DNA of 64,000 bases from Candidatus Eiseniibacteriota bacterium. GTDB lineage: Bacteria; Eisenbacteria; RBG-16-71-46; CAVPCR01. Numbering within the stretch: position 1 is the first letter of the stretch; the number at the start of each line of letters is the position of its first letter. Shown here in pieces: positions 28,656-39,146 of this stretch. The notes beneath the pieces are model-generated. The model did not search any database, was not told the DNA's origin, and saw only the letters and a program-made list of their open reading frames with translations. Location: the NCBI GenBank assembly GCA_963702435.1, contig CAVPCR010000002.1:416001-480000 (forward strand), in the 5' to 3' direction. The position numbers were made by a program, and so were the translations under genes.

Positions 28656-29248
28656 GACGGCGACACCGCCGCCCGGTACAGACCGTGCTCGCGGATGTAC
28701 TCGCGCACGGGCTCCGGGACGAGGTAGCGGATCGAGCGGCCCGCCGCGACGCGCGCCCGGATCTCGCGCGAGGAGATGTCGAGCCGCGGCGCCGCGATGA
28801 ACGTGACGCGGGCGACGAGGTCGGCCGGGGCCCGCCCGAGATCGACCCCGGGGCGCTCGACGACGAGCACCCGTGCCTCGCTGACGAGCGCTTCGGGCTC
28901 GCGCCAGGTGCCGAGCTCGACCAGGCTGTCGGCGCCGAGGATCAAGGCCACGTCGCGCTCCCCCGCGGCCTTGAGCCGGCGCACGGTGTCGATCGTGAAC
29001 GACGGCCCCTGCGCCGACTCGAGCTCGAGCCGCGAGACGGAGAAGCGCGGGTTTCCGGCGATCGCGAGCTCGACCATGGCCAGCCGATCGGCGGCCGGCG
29101 TGAGCGGCCGGCCCTCCTTGTGCGGAGGCCGGCCGGCCGGGACGAAGAAGACCGTCGCGAGCCCCGCCGCCTCGGCCACGTGGTCGGCGACCGCGAGATG
29201 ACCCAGGTGGATGGGATCGAAGGTGCCGCCGTAGAGCGCAGCCGTCAC
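28652..29248 (-). CDS. nadD: Nicotinate-nucleotide adenylyltransferase
   Basis: YGGTFDPIHLGH, PPHK, SFTIDT, LGADS, ISSREIR; GTG start at 29248. Confidence 0.93.
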   Translation of the reverse strand: MTAALYGGTFDPIHLGHLAVADHVAEAAGLATVFFVPAGRPPHKEGRPLTPAADRLAMVELAIAGNPRFSVSRLELESAQGPSFTIDTVRRLKAAGERDVALILGADSLVELGTWREPEALVSEARVLVVERPGVDLGRAPADLVARVTFIAAPRLDISSREIRARVAAGRSIRYLVPEPVREYIREHGLYRAAVSPS

Positions 29249-29285
29249 CGGGAGAGCTCTCCCGCGCTCTCGCGCCTGCCGCCGT

Positions 29286-30086
29286 TCACGATCCCTCTCC
29301 GCCGAGCTTGCGTGCGAGCTCGTCGAGGCCCGGCTCCTCCGGGCAGTTCTCCCGGAGCCACTCGATCTCTGTCCGCGCCTCGTCACGGCGGAGCACGCGA
29401 TAGAGAAGCTCGGCCTTCAGGCGCCGGGACGGGCACACCCACCGGGTGTCCCCGTACTCCTCGACCACGAGGTTGCAGTAGATGATGGCGGACTCGCTCT
29501 GTCCAAGCCGCTTGTAGAGCTCGGCGGTGCGGAACCGTTTCTCGGCCAGCCGATCGCGCGCGAGCCCGAGCAGCGAATCGGCGGTGGCCGCCCGCGGGTG
29601 GTCGGGACAGCGGCCGCGATAGCGATGGAGCTGCTCCACCGCATCGATCGTCTGCTCCTGGTCGTAGACCGCCGCCTTCGAGTCCCGCCAGTAGCAGTAG
29701 CCGAGGTCGAACTCCGCGTCACAGGCATAGCGGCTGTCGGGGAAATCGCGCACCAGGCGCTCGAACTCGGTCGCGGCCAGGATCCAGTCCTTCTGTCCCA
29801 TGTAGGACTGGCCGAGGAAGTAGATGGCCTGGTCGACGAGCACGCTCCCCGGATGCTTGTCGAGGAACGCGGTCAGCTGCTGCACCGCGTCGTAGTAGTT
29901 CCCCTCATCGCATTCCTGCTTCGCCAGGGCGAACTCCTCCTCGGGCGTCTCCGGAGGCTTGGTCCCGCGCGCGTAGGCGCAGCCCAGACCGAGCAACGCG
30001 ACGACGAGGGCGCGCGCCGCCAGACACGACGCGCGGCCGCGCCGACGCTCCACTGCTTCTCCTCCGCGCCTGCCGAGGGAGTCCAA
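29286..30086 (-). CDS. bamD: Outer-membrane protein assembly factor BamD (TPR lipoprotein)
   Basis: Lipobox LGLGC; TPR repeats; FERLVRDFPDS, YDQEQT, LAEKRF..AELY. Confidence 0.8.
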   Translation of the reverse strand: MDSLGRRGGEAVERRRGRASCLAARALVVALLGLGCAYARGTKPPETPEEEFALAKQECDEGNYYDAVQQLTAFLDKHPGSVLVDQAIYFLGQSYMGQKDWILAATEFERLVRDFPDSRYACDAEFDLGYCYWRDSKAAVYDQEQTIDAVEQLHRYRGRCPDHPRAATADSLLGLARDRLAEKRFRTAELYKRLGQSESAIIYCNLVVEEYGDTRWVCPSRRLKAELLYRVLRRDEARTEIEWLRENCPEEPGLDELARKLGGEGS

Positions 30087-30124
30087 ACCCGCGAATGCCT
30101 CCGGCCGCTCGAGTTCTCTCGCGC

Positions 30125-31102
30125 TCAGCTCTTGTTGGAGACGAACAGGAACACGAGTCCGACCACGATGGCCGACACGATGAGCGGCTCGACCCAGCGG
30201 CTCGCCCCCTGCGCCGGCAGCGCGGGCGCGGTGAACGGGTAGCGTTGCCCTTCGAGGATGGCTAGATCGTCCTTCGACACCTCGTCGATCACCTTCGCCT
30301 CCGCGCCCCCCGACCAGCGGACGACGGGATCGTCGGGCCCGCGGAGCTCGGCGTGGAGGCTGGTCAGGGCATAGCGTTCGACCTTCGTGTCACCGAAGAG
30401 CGGAAAGGAGCGATGCGTGTCGGTGTACCGGAGTCCGAGCTCGACGACGCGGAGATCGAGCTCCGCATCCACCGGCACGATCTCCGCCTTCGATTTCTCG
30501 GGCGGCGCGGCGCCGCCCCCGGCCGCGCTCGTCGCCTCCTCGGCGGCGCCCGCGGCGCTCCCCGCCTCGCCCGCGCCCGCGATCGAGTCGGCCGGCGCGG
30601 CGCCGGCAACGAGAGCGCCCGCCGTGTCCGGCGGGGCCATGCCCTGGGCCGCCTGGATCGCGGCCCCCGCCGCCGCTGCTCCAGAGGGCGGACCGCTCGG
30701 CGGCGGCGCGCCCTGCGCCGCGGCGGCCGCCTGTGGCGCCGCCGCCGCCGGCGGCGCCGCGCCCGGGGTGAGCGGCACCTGCACCACCTCGCAGCCCCGC
30801 GCGCGGAGCGTCTTCCCGACGAGGTCCTGCACGAGCCACCCCGCCTCGTGATACGGCTCGACCCGGACGCGGACCCGCTTCCCGGTGGGCGGCAGGTCGG
30901 ACATCATCTTGCGCACCGCATCCTCGGTGACCCGGCGCACGAGCTCGACATTCAAGAGCTGGTCGGTCTCCTCCGCGCGCGGCGCGGCGACGAACGCGGC
31001 CGCGAGAAAGAGCCCGGCGGCGAGCACGAGACCGGCAAGAGCGCGCCCGTGCCGGCGCCCGAGGGACAGAACAGAGCGTTGTCTCCGCGCCATGGACTTC
31101 AT
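30125..31102 (-). CDS. Hypothetical exported protein with Ala/Pro-rich insert and C-terminal TM anchor
   Basis: Signal peptide, low-complexity middle, C-terminal VEPLIVSAIVVGLVFLFVSNKS; ATGA overlap with rimO stop. Confidence 0.65.
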   Translation of the reverse strand: MKSMARRQRSVLSLGRRHGRALAGLVLAAGLFLAAAFVAAPRAEETDQLLNVELVRRVTEDAVRKMMSDLPPTGKRVRVRVEPYHEAGWLVQDLVGKTLRARGCEVVQVPLTPGAAPPAAAAPQAAAAAQGAPPPSGPPSGAAAAGAAIQAAQGMAPPDTAGALVAGAAPADSIAGAGEAGSAAGAAEEATSAAGGGAAPPEKSKAEIVPVDAELDLRVVELGLRYTDTHRSFPLFGDTKVERYALTSLHAELRGPDDPVVRWSGGAEAKVIDEVSKDDLAILEGQRYPFTAPALPAQGASRWVEPLIVSAIVVGLVFLFVSNKS

Positions 31103-32523
31103 TCTCCCGGCTCGACCACCACGGCCGCGAGATCCCGCGCTCCGGCCGCCGTCACGCGCACGCGGAGGAGGGCTCCCGGCGGGCCCGCTTCGCCCTCGAT
31201 CCACACCTGGCCATCGATCTCCGGCGCGTCCCACGCCGAGCGCGCAGGCGTCCGCCCTTCCGACGCCGGGCCGTCCACGAGCACCTCGATCGTCCGGCCC
31301 ACCTGCGCGGCATGGAGCTCGAGCGCCACGCGCCGCGCGGCCTCCTCGACGCGCGCGAGGCGCGCCCGCGCGACCGCGGGCGGCACCTGATCCGGGGCGT
31401 CGCCGGCCGGAGTGCCCTCCTCGCGCGAGTAGGCGAAGCATCCGACCCGCTCGAAGCGGTACTCCCGGATCACGTCGATCAGCTCCTCGACATCGGCCTC
31501 GGTCTCGCCCGGGTGACCGAGGATGAAGGTGGTGCGCACGGCAATACCCGGCACGCGCCGCCGGAGTTCGGCGAGGACGTCCCGCTGGCGCCGCGCCGAG
31601 AGGCCGCGATTCATGCGCCGGAGCATGCGCTCGCTCACGTGCTGGACGGGAAGGTCGACGTAGGGCACGACCTTCTCGAGGCGCGCCATCGTGTCCATGA
31701 GCTCCGTCGTCCACAGCGCCGGATACGTGTAGAGGAGACGGATCCAGGCGAGGCCCGGGATGCGATCGAGCTCCGCGAGGAGGCGCCCGAGCTCGGCCCG
31801 CCCGCCGGGGAGATCGGTCCCGTAGCCGGTCGTGTCCTGGGAGATGAGGCAGAGCTCGCGCACGCCGGCCGCGGCGAGGCGCTCGGCCTCGGCGCGGAGG
31901 TCTTCGACCGGGCGGCTCCGGAGCGGACCGCGGAGCGCCGGGATGATGCAGAACGCGCAGCGGTGGTCGCAGCCCTCGCTGATCTTCAGGTACGCCATGT
32001 GGCGCGGGGTGGCGAGGACGCGCGCGCCGAAGTCGCGCACCGGGGCGCCGGGGGCCCCGACCAGGACCTGGCCGCGCGCGCCGCCGAGAAGCGCGTCCAC
32101 GATCTCGACGATGCGCCCGAGCTCGCCCGTGCCGACGACGGCGTCCACCTCGGGGATCTCGCGCACGAGCTCGGCGCCGTAGCGCTGCGCCATGCATCCG
32201 GCGACGACGAGTCCGCGGAGCCGCCCGCCCCGCTTCTCGGCCGCCACCTCGAGCACGGCCTCGATCGATTCCTCGCGCGCCGGCTCGATGAAGCTGCACG
32301 TGTTGACGACGGCGATGTCGGCGGCGGCGAGATCGGCGGTGGCCTTGAACCCGGCCCGGCCGAGGAGTCCGAGCATGGTCTCCGAGTCGACCAGGTTCTT
32401 CGGGCAGCCGAGGGTGACCAGGGCGACCGTGGCCGCACGGCGCGCGCCGGAGCCGTGGGCGCCGGTGGGCGCACCCGGGGTGGACGGGACTTCCAGGATG
32501 GGGATGGTATTCGATGTCATCAC
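31099..32523 (-). CDS. rimO: Ribosomal protein S12 methylthiotransferase RimO
   Basis: LGCPKNLVDSE, NTCSFIE, CDHRCAFC, APEIDG, TRAM domain. Confidence 0.93.
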   Translation of the reverse strand: MMTSNTIPILEVPSTPGAPTGAHGSGARRAATVALVTLGCPKNLVDSETMLGLLGRAGFKATADLAAADIAVVNTCSFIEPAREESIEAVLEVAAEKRGGRLRGLVVAGCMAQRYGAELVREIPEVDAVVGTGELGRIVEIVDALLGGARGQVLVGAPGAPVRDFGARVLATPRHMAYLKISEGCDHRCAFCIIPALRGPLRSRPVEDLRAEAERLAAAGVRELCLISQDTTGYGTDLPGGRAELGRLLAELDRIPGLAWIRLLYTYPALWTTELMDTMARLEKVVPYVDLPVQHVSERMLRRMNRGLSARRQRDVLAELRRRVPGIAVRTTFILGHPGETEADVEELIDVIREYRFERVGCFAYSREEGTPAGDAPDQVPPAVARARLARVEEAARRVALELHAAQVGRTIEVLVDGPASEGRTPARSAWDAPEIDGQVWIEGEAGPPGALLRVRVTAAGARDLAAVVVEPGE

Positions 32524-32643
32524 AGGACAAGGGCCGCCCGGCGCGGGCAGCCCGCACGAGACGAGCGCCGGACGGCTAACCTAGCAGATCGCCGCAAGAG
32601 GCGAAACCCGAAGGCCCCGGCCCGCTTGGCACGCCAGGACCGA

Positions 32644-35286
32644 CTAGTCCGGCAAGTCGCCGGGCCGGACGAGCACCTCGCGGGCCCGCGACCCGTCCGG
32701 GGGCCCGACGACTCCCGCCTGCTCGAGGAGATCCATGAGCCGCCCGGCCCGCGCGTAGCCAACCTTGAGCCGGCGCTGGAGGAGCGACGTCGACCCGATC
32801 CCCGTCTGCACGACGATCCGCCGCGCCTCGGCGAAGAGCTCGTCCTCGTCGCTCTCGTCCGCGGCCTCCCCGTTCTCGTCCCGGAGGGACAGCCGCTCGA
32901 CGTCGAGCTCGGGGGACGGCGCCTCGAACTCCGACCAGTGGTGGACGATCGCCTGGATCTCCCGGTCGGAGACGAACGCCCCGTGGATGCGCACCGGGTC
33001 CGGACGCCCCGCCGGGAGGTACAGCATGTCGCCGCGCCCGAGCAGGGCCTCCGCCCCGTTCTGGTCCAGGATCGTTCTCGAATCTACTTTAGATGCCACC
33101 TGGAACGCAATGCGCGACGGGAAGTTGGCCTTGATTATGCCCGTGATGACATCCACCGAGGGACGCTGGGTCGCCAGCACCAGGTGGATGCCGACGGCGC
33201 GCGCCATCTGGGCCAGGCGGGCGATCGGGTCCTCGATCTCGTTGCCGAGGGTGAGCATGAGATCGGCCAGCTCATCGATGAGGACGACGATGTGCGGAAG
33301 GTGCTCCTCGTCCTCCGGCACCTCGGGCGTCAAGCCCGCGTGCTGGTCGAGGGAGGCGTTGTAGGACTCGATGTCCCGGACCCCTCGCCGGGCGAGTCGC
33401 TGGTAGCGGCGCTGCATCTCGGCCACCAGGAAGCGGAGCGCCTTGGCCGCGCTGCGGGCCTCGGTCACCACCGGCATCAAGAGCTGCGGGATCCCGTTGT
33501 AGCCGGTGAGCTCGAGCATCTTCGGGTCGACCATGACCAGGCGGAGGTCCCTGGGATTCATGCGGCAGAGGAGACTCAGGACGATCGAGTTCACGCACAC
33601 CGACTTGCCGGAGCCGGTGGCGCCCGCGATGAGGAGGTGCGGCATCTTCTTCAAATCCGCGATCACGGGCACGCCCGAGACGTCCTTGCCGAGGGCGAGG
33701 AGAAGTCCGCCCGGCCGCTTGAAGAGCTCGACCCCGACCACATCCCCGAGCTGCACGGTCTCGGGATGGAGATTGGGGACCTCGATGCCGACCGCTCCCT
33801 TCCCCGGGATCGGCGCCAGGAGCCGGAGCCGGTGGGAGCGGAGCGCGAGCGCCAGATCGTCGGCGCGGGAGAGGATCTGGTTCACCTTGACGCCCGGTGC
33901 GGGCTCGAAGGCGTAGCGGGTGATGACCGGGCCGGGCACGACCTCGGTCACCTTGCCCGTGATGTCGAAGTGGGAGAGCGTCTGCTCGAGGAGTCGCGAG
34001 CTCTTGAGAATCTCCGTCTCGGCGATCGGCGGCGCGGCGCTCGTCGAGGTCGCGAGGACGTTGAGCTCGGGGAGCACGTACTCGGTGCCGCGCGGGCGCG
34101 GCCGGCGTTCGGGCCGGGGCAGCGGCACCGGTTTCCGCGCCGGGGACGAGGAGGCGACGGGCGACGGCGCGGGCCGTACGTGGAGGTCGGCCGGCAAGGA
34201 GCCGCTCCCCTTTTCCACGGCGGTGGCGCCCGCGCTCGGCCCCGCCGTCCCGAGGTCGCCCGCGGGGGCCGCCGGGGCGGGCTTCCCATCCCGGTCCGAC
34301 TTCTCGCCGCGCGGCTTCTCGCGCTTCGCGCTCCGCCCATGCTCCTTAGCGGCGTCGTCCCCGTTCCCCTCCCCCGCCGGCGCGACGGGCGCCTGCGCAT
34401 CCACGCCGGGATGCCGGGCCAGATCCTCGGGGCGCGACACCCGCGGCGGGCTCGAGTCGGCGGCGATCGCCGCGGCCATGAGATCCCGCTCCGCACGGCG
34501 GCGCTTGCGCAGATCGAAGAGCGCGTCCTTGAGCTGGGCGGCTGCTCCGGCGACCGTGGGCGGGCCCGCGGCCGCCGGAGCAGCCGGGGCCGGGGCCGGG
34601 ACCGCAGCGGGCGCGCGCGGCGGGGCCCCCCGCTCGGGGGCCGGGGGCGCGGCGGGCGCCGCGGGCGCGCTCGACCGGGCGGGCCCGCCGGCTCGCGAGG
34701 TGAAGGCCTCGCGCCACACGACGAGCTTGGCGCGGAGCCAGGCCCATGCGCTCCCGAGCGCACCGAGCACATCGGCAAGACCGAGATCGAGGAAGGCGAG
34801 GATCGCCACCAGGAGTCCCGTCCACAGGACGACGTAGGCGCCGATCCGGCCCAGGAAATCGGTGGCCCTGACCCCGATCGCCTGGCCGAGGAATCCCACC
34901 CAGAAGCTGTCGCGATCCGCGGAGACGCCGAGGATCCCGGCCAGGAAGAGGATGAGCGCGGCGGCGGCCAGCGAGCGCGCGAGGAGCGCGGTGGTCGGCC
35001 GGAGGAGGAGTCGATTCACGCCCCACGCAACGAGCGCGATCGGGAGGCCGAGCGCGAGGACACGGCCGAAGATCCCGGCCAGGAGGCGGGCGAGGAGGAC
35101 GCCGGCCGGACCGCAGGCATCGCGCGGCAGGCTCGCGACGAGCGGTCCGGGCTCCCGCGCGAGCGTCAGGAGCGAGAGCAGCGCGAGCAGGCCGAGGGCG
35201 ACGAGTAGGAGCCCCAGGATCTGCTGGCGGCGGGCGACCGAGAGCTGTTCGAGCGCCGACAAGGCTACCCTCCTCGGGGCACGCAT
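32644..35286 (-). CDS. ftsK: DNA translocase FtsK
   Basis: N-terminal TMs, Pro/Ala linker, PHLLIAGATGSGKS, IDELADLM, ATQRPSVDV, gamma domain LQRRLKVGYARAGRL. Confidence 0.95.
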   Translation of the reverse strand: MRAPRRVALSALEQLSVARRQQILGLLLVALGLLALLSLLTLAREPGPLVASLPRDACGPAGVLLARLLAGIFGRVLALGLPIALVAWGVNRLLLRPTTALLARSLAAAALILFLAGILGVSADRDSFWVGFLGQAIGVRATDFLGRIGAYVVLWTGLLVAILAFLDLGLADVLGALGSAWAWLRAKLVVWREAFTSRAGGPARSSAPAAPAAPPAPERGAPPRAPAAVPAPAPAAPAAAGPPTVAGAAAQLKDALFDLRKRRRAERDLMAAAIAADSSPPRVSRPEDLARHPGVDAQAPVAPAGEGNGDDAAKEHGRSAKREKPRGEKSDRDGKPAPAAPAGDLGTAGPSAGATAVEKGSGSLPADLHVRPAPSPVASSSPARKPVPLPRPERRPRPRGTEYVLPELNVLATSTSAAPPIAETEILKSSRLLEQTLSHFDITGKVTEVVPGPVITRYAFEPAPGVKVNQILSRADDLALALRSHRLRLLAPIPGKGAVGIEVPNLHPETVQLGDVVGVELFKRPGGLLLALGKDVSGVPVIADLKKMPHLLIAGATGSGKSVCVNSIVLSLLCRMNPRDLRLVMVDPKMLELTGYNGIPQLLMPVVTEARSAAKALRFLVAEMQRRYQRLARRGVRDIESYNASLDQHAGLTPEVPEDEEHLPHIVVLIDELADLMLTLGNEIEDPIARLAQMARAVGIHLVLATQRPSVDVITGIIKANFPSRIAFQVASKVDSRTILDQNGAEALLGRGDMLYLPAGRPDPVRIHGAFVSDREIQAIVHHWSEFEAPSPELDVERLSLRDENGEAADESDEDELFAEARRIVVQTGIGSTSLLQRRLKVGYARAGRLMDLLEQAGVVGPPDGSRAREVLVRPGDLPD

Positions 35287-35420
35287 TCTCTCTGCGCAAA
35301 GAGGCGCCACCCGGTCAGGGGGCCTCGCCGGATCGGGGCACGACGAGTCGGAACGAACCCTGCGGTCGCAGCCCTCGAGCCGGCCACCCGGCGGCGGCTC
35401 GAGCGCCGCAGTCCCCCGGC

Positions 35421-36698
35421 CTACGTCCCGGCCGAGTAGTCGGTGTCGTAGGCCTTCTGCTCTGCCGTGAGCTCGTCGATCCGGAAACCCATGGTCTCGA
35501 GCTTGATGCGTCCGATCTCCTGATCCTGCTCCGGGGAGAGCTCGTGCACCGTCTTCTCCATGCTCTTGCCGTCGCGGTGCAGCTTGAGCAGGGCGAGGAA
35601 CTGGTTCGCAAAGCTCATATCCATGACCTCGGACGGATGCCCCTCGGCCGCCGCGAGATTCACGAGTCGGCCCTGGGCAATGACATAGAGCCGGCGGCCG
35701 TCGGGGAGCTTGTACTCCTCGTTGTTGGGCCGCACCGTGCGCTTCGCCCTGGCCACCTTCTCGAGCTCTCCCAGATTGATCTCGCAGTCGTAGTGTCCGG
35801 TGTTGCAGAGGATGGCGCCGTCGCGCATGGAGCGGAAATGCCAGTCGCGGATGACGTCCTTCATCCCGGTGGCGGTGATGAAGATGTCTCCGACCTTCGC
35901 CGCCTCGTCCATGGTCATGATATCCATGCCCTCGAGACGGGCGCGGAGCGCCGCGGTCGGCTTGATCTCGGTGATGATGACGTTGGCGCCCATGCCCTTG
36001 GCTCGCATCGCCACGCCGCGGCCGCAGTGCCCGTAGCCGGCGACCACGAAGTTCTTGCCGGCGATGAGGACCGACGTGGCACGGAGAATCCCGTCGAGCG
36101 AGGACTGTCCGGTGCCGTAGACGTTGTCGAAGTCCCACTTGGTCTCGGCGTCATTGACGGCGATCACCGGGTACCTGAGCTTGCCGTCGGCCGCCATGGC
36201 GCGGAGCCGCCGCACTCCGGTCGTCGTCTCCTCGGTGCCGCCCTGGATGAACGCCGCAAGCTCCGGATGCTTCTTGTGGACGGAGAAGATCAGATCGGCG
36301 CCGTCATCGAGGGTGAGGGTGGGCTTGAAGTCGAGCGTGCGGTCGATGCACCAGTAGAACTCCTCGGTCGACATTCCGTGCCAGGCGAAGATCGAGGTGT
36401 CCTCGGCGGCGAGCGCGGCGGCGACGTCGTCCTGGGTCGACAGCGGGTTGCAGCCCGACCAGCTGACCTCGGCGCCGGCGGCGCGGAGCGTCCGCACGAG
36501 GACCGCGGTCTCCTTGGTCACGTGCAGGCAGCCGGCGATCTTGGCGCCGCGGAACGCCTGCTCCTTCGCGTAGCGGGCCCGGAGCGCCATCAGCACCGGC
36601 ATCCGGCTCTCGGCCCACTCGATCTTGAGCTTGCCCTGGTCGGCCAGCTTGGGATCGGCGACCTTGAACTTGGCTCCGGTTTGAGTCTGAGTCGTCAA
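35421..36698 (-). CDS. ahcY: Adenosylhomocysteinase
   Basis: GCLHVTKET, CNPLSTQD, EETTTG, FDNVYGT, GRLVNL..GHP..MDMSFANQ; TTG start with GGAG RBS. Confidence 0.96.
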   Translation of the reverse strand: MTTQTQTGAKFKVADPKLADQGKLKIEWAESRMPVLMALRARYAKEQAFRGAKIAGCLHVTKETAVLVRTLRAAGAEVSWSGCNPLSTQDDVAAALAAEDTSIFAWHGMSTEEFYWCIDRTLDFKPTLTLDDGADLIFSVHKKHPELAAFIQGGTEETTTGVRRLRAMAADGKLRYPVIAVNDAETKWDFDNVYGTGQSSLDGILRATSVLIAGKNFVVAGYGHCGRGVAMRAKGMGANVIITEIKPTAALRARLEGMDIMTMDEAAKVGDIFITATGMKDVIRDWHFRSMRDGAILCNTGHYDCEINLGELEKVARAKRTVRPNNEEYKLPDGRRLYVIAQGRLVNLAAAEGHPSEVMDMSFANQFLALLKLHRDGKSMEKTVHELSPEQDQEIGRIKLETMGFRIDELTAEQKAYDTDYSAGT

Positions 36699-36796
36699 CG
36701 TGGTGTCTCCTTGCTCCTGTGGTGGCCCGTCCGGCAGGAAGCGGCGCAAGACGGCCGGAAAAGAGATCGCGCGCGCCCGATCGTGAGGCGCGCGCG

Positions 36797-36825
36797 ATGA
36801 TGCCCGAAAGGCGCCGGGAATTCAA
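36797..36825 (-). promoter_or_regulatory. Putative sigma70 promoter for ahcY
   Basis: TTGAAT-N17-CATCAT on minus strand. Confidence 0.4.
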
Positions 36826-36871
36826 GGCCCCGGAGGGCGCCCGGGGCCGGCCAGGGCCTCCTGCCCGCCGG

Positions 36872-38080
36872 CTACATGCCGCGGCGGAGGTCGTCGACCC
36901 GGTTGCAGATCTCCCAGGTGAAACCCTCGTCCTCCCGCCCGAAGTGCCCGTAGGCGGCGGTCCGCCGGTAGATCGGCCGCCGGAGATCGAGCTCGGTGAT
37001 GAGGCCGCGCGGGGTCAGGTCGAAGAACTTCTTCACGAGCTCGGCGATCCGGTCGTCGGGGATCTGCCCGGTACCGAAGGTGTCGACCATCACGGAGACG
37101 GGGTGCTCGACGCCGATCACGTACGCAATCTGCACCTCGGCGCGGTGGGCGAGCCCCGCGGCCACGATGTTCTTCGCCACCCAGCGCGCCCCGTACGAGG
37201 CGGAGCGGTCCACCTTGGTCGGATCCTTGCCCGAGAAGGCGCCGCCGCCGTGCCGCCCGGCCCCGCCGTAGGTATCGACGATGATCTTCCGCCCGGTCAA
37301 GCCCGTGTCGGCCATGGGGCCGCCGCGCACGAAGCGCCCGGTCGGGTTCACGTGCACGGTGAGATCGCCCTTCACGTACTCGGCCGGCACCACCTCCTTC
37401 ACCACCTTCTCGATCAGGTCGGCCTTCACCTTGTCGACCGCGATGTCCTGATGGTGCTGGGCGGCGATGACAACGGTCGTCACGCGGAGGGGCTTCCCGT
37501 TCCCGTCGTACTCGACCGTGACCTGCGTCTTCCCGTCCGGCCGGAGGTAGGGCAGGATCGAGCCCTTCCGCACGTCGGAGAGCTTGCGCGCCAGCCGGTG
37601 GGCGAGGAGGATCGGGAGCGGCATCAGCTCCTTGGTCTCGTTGGTCGCGTAGCCGAACATCATGCCCTGGTCGCCGGCGCCCAGCTTGTCGACGCCCACC
37701 GAGATGTCGGGCGACTGCTCGTCGATCGACGTGATGACGGCGCAGGTCTCGTAGTCGAAGCCGTAGCTCGCGTCGGTGTAGCCGATGTCGCGGATGGCCT
37801 TGCGGGCGATCTGCGGGATATCGATGTAGCAGTCGGTCGTGATCTCGCCCGCGACCAGGCAGAGGCCGGTGGTCACCAGCGTCTCGCACGCCACGCGGCC
37901 CTTCGGGTCCTGCTCAAGGATCGCGTCGAGGACCGAGTCCGAGATCTGGTCGGCGATCTTGTCCGGATGCCCCTCGGTGACCGATTCCGACGTGAACAGG
38001 TAGACGCCCTTCGCGCCCGACTTGTGTGCCGGATCCTGGCGTCCCTGCGCGGCCTCTCCCGGCCTGCTCACCGTGCTCAT
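36872..38080 (-). CDS. metK: S-adenosylmethionine synthetase
   Basis: [35 protein letters not shown]. Confidence 0.97.
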   Translation of the reverse strand: MSTVSRPGEAAQGRQDPAHKSGAKGVYLFTSESVTEGHPDKIADQISDSVLDAILEQDPKGRVACETLVTTGLCLVAGEITTDCYIDIPQIARKAIRDIGYTDASYGFDYETCAVITSIDEQSPDISVGVDKLGAGDQGMMFGYATNETKELMPLPILLAHRLARKLSDVRKGSILPYLRPDGKTQVTVEYDGNGKPLRVTTVVIAAQHHQDIAVDKVKADLIEKVVKEVVPAEYVKGDLTVHVNPTGRFVRGGPMADTGLTGRKIIVDTYGGAGRHGGGAFSGKDPTKVDRSASYGARWVAKNIVAAGLAHRAEVQIAYVIGVEHPVSVMVDTFGTGQIPDDRIAELVKKFFDLTPRGLITELDLRRPIYRRTAAYGHFGREDEGFTWEICNRVDDLRRGM

Positions 38081-38141
38081 CAAGTTCCTCCTTGCTCCCT
38101 CCGGCAACTTGGCCGAAGCATGACCCCCCTGGCGGGGGCTC

Positions 38142-39146
38142 CTAGATCAACTCCACTTCGGACGAGTCGCCGACGTTGAGCTTCTTGAACGCGCCGCGCA
38201 CCACGGCGTGATCGCCGATCACCGAGGCGTCGAGGAGCACGTCCTCGACAATGGCGCTCTCGTTGATGATGGCGTTGCGGACAATCGAGTTGCGGACGAC
38301 CGCTCCGGCCGCCACCGACACGTGCGGGCCGATGATCGAGTTGATGATGGTGGCCGATGGGTCGATGGCCACCGGCGCGAGAACGACGCCGGCCCCGTCG
38401 GCCGTGCCTCCCCCTCCCCCCTGCATGTCGAGGAGGGCCCGGTTGGTGGCGAGCAACGTCTCCGGCTGGCCGCAATCGTACCAGCCCTGGACGTGGAATA
38501 CCCCCATCTTCTCGCCCCGCTCGAGCATGAGCTGGAGCGCATCGGTGAGCTGGTACTCGCCCCGGGTGCGCAGGTCCCGGCGGATCAGCTCGTCGAGGCA
38601 GGCGTAGAGGGCGTCCCCGTTCGCGATGTAGTAGATGCCGACGATGGCCAGGTTCGAGGTCGGCTGCTCCGGCTTCTCGATCAGGCGGGTGACGCGGTCG
38701 CCGCTCGCGACCTCGACGATCCCGAAGCGGCGCGGGTCGTCGACTGCCTTCACCCCGATCAGGCTCACCGGGGAGGCGATCACCTCGCCGAAGTCGGCCC
38801 GGAAGATGGTGTCGCCGAGGACGATCAGGAGCCGTCGTCCCGGCATGAAGCCGCGCGTCAGGTGCACCGCGTGCCCGAGTCCCTGGCGATCGAGCTGCTC
38901 GACGTAGCGGACATCGAAGTGGCGGTAGTGATGCTCGACGAAATCCCGGATCAGATCGCCCATGTGGCCGACGACGAGCGTCGCCTCGCGGATGCCGAGT
39001 CCGTCGAGCTCGTCGAGGATGTGCGCGAGCATCGGCTTCCCGGCGACGTTGATGAGCGCCTTCGGCACGGTGTGGGTATGCGGGCGGAGCCTGCTGCCGA
39101 CGCCGGCGACCGGGATGATGGCGACCGGCTTGTCTCTGCTAGCCAC
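38142..39146 (-). CDS. Sugar-phosphate nucleotidyltransferase with C-terminal hexapeptide repeats
   Basis: [37 protein letters not shown]. Confidence 0.88.
   Translation of the reverse strand: MASRDKPVAIIPVAGVGSRLRPHTHTVPKALINVAGKPMLAHILDELDGLGIREATLVVGHMGDLIRDFVEHHYRHFDVRYVEQLDRQGLGHAVHLTRGFMPGRRLLIVLGDTIFRADFGEVIASPVSLIGVKAVDDPRRFGIVEVASGDRVTRLIEKPEQPTSNLAIVGIYYIANGDALYACLDELIRRDLRTRGEYQLTDALQLMLERGEKMGVFHVQGWYDCGQPETLLATNRALLDMQGGGGGTADGAGVVLAPVAIDPSATIINSIIGPHVSVAAGAVVRNSIVRNAIINESAIVEDVLLDASVIGDHAVVRGAFKKLNVGDSSEVELI

Noticed and set aside
31312..35208. 1298-aa plus-strand ORF (and similar long antisense ORFs such as 41922-45182, 40106-42274, 10172-12262)
   Set aside because: Shadow frames of rimO/ftsK, PTS and other real minus-strand genes; stop-poor because of high GC; no motifs
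36700..36870. SAH/SAM riboswitch upstream of ahcY
   Set aside because: No recognisable conserved core; short leader with an ordinary promoter
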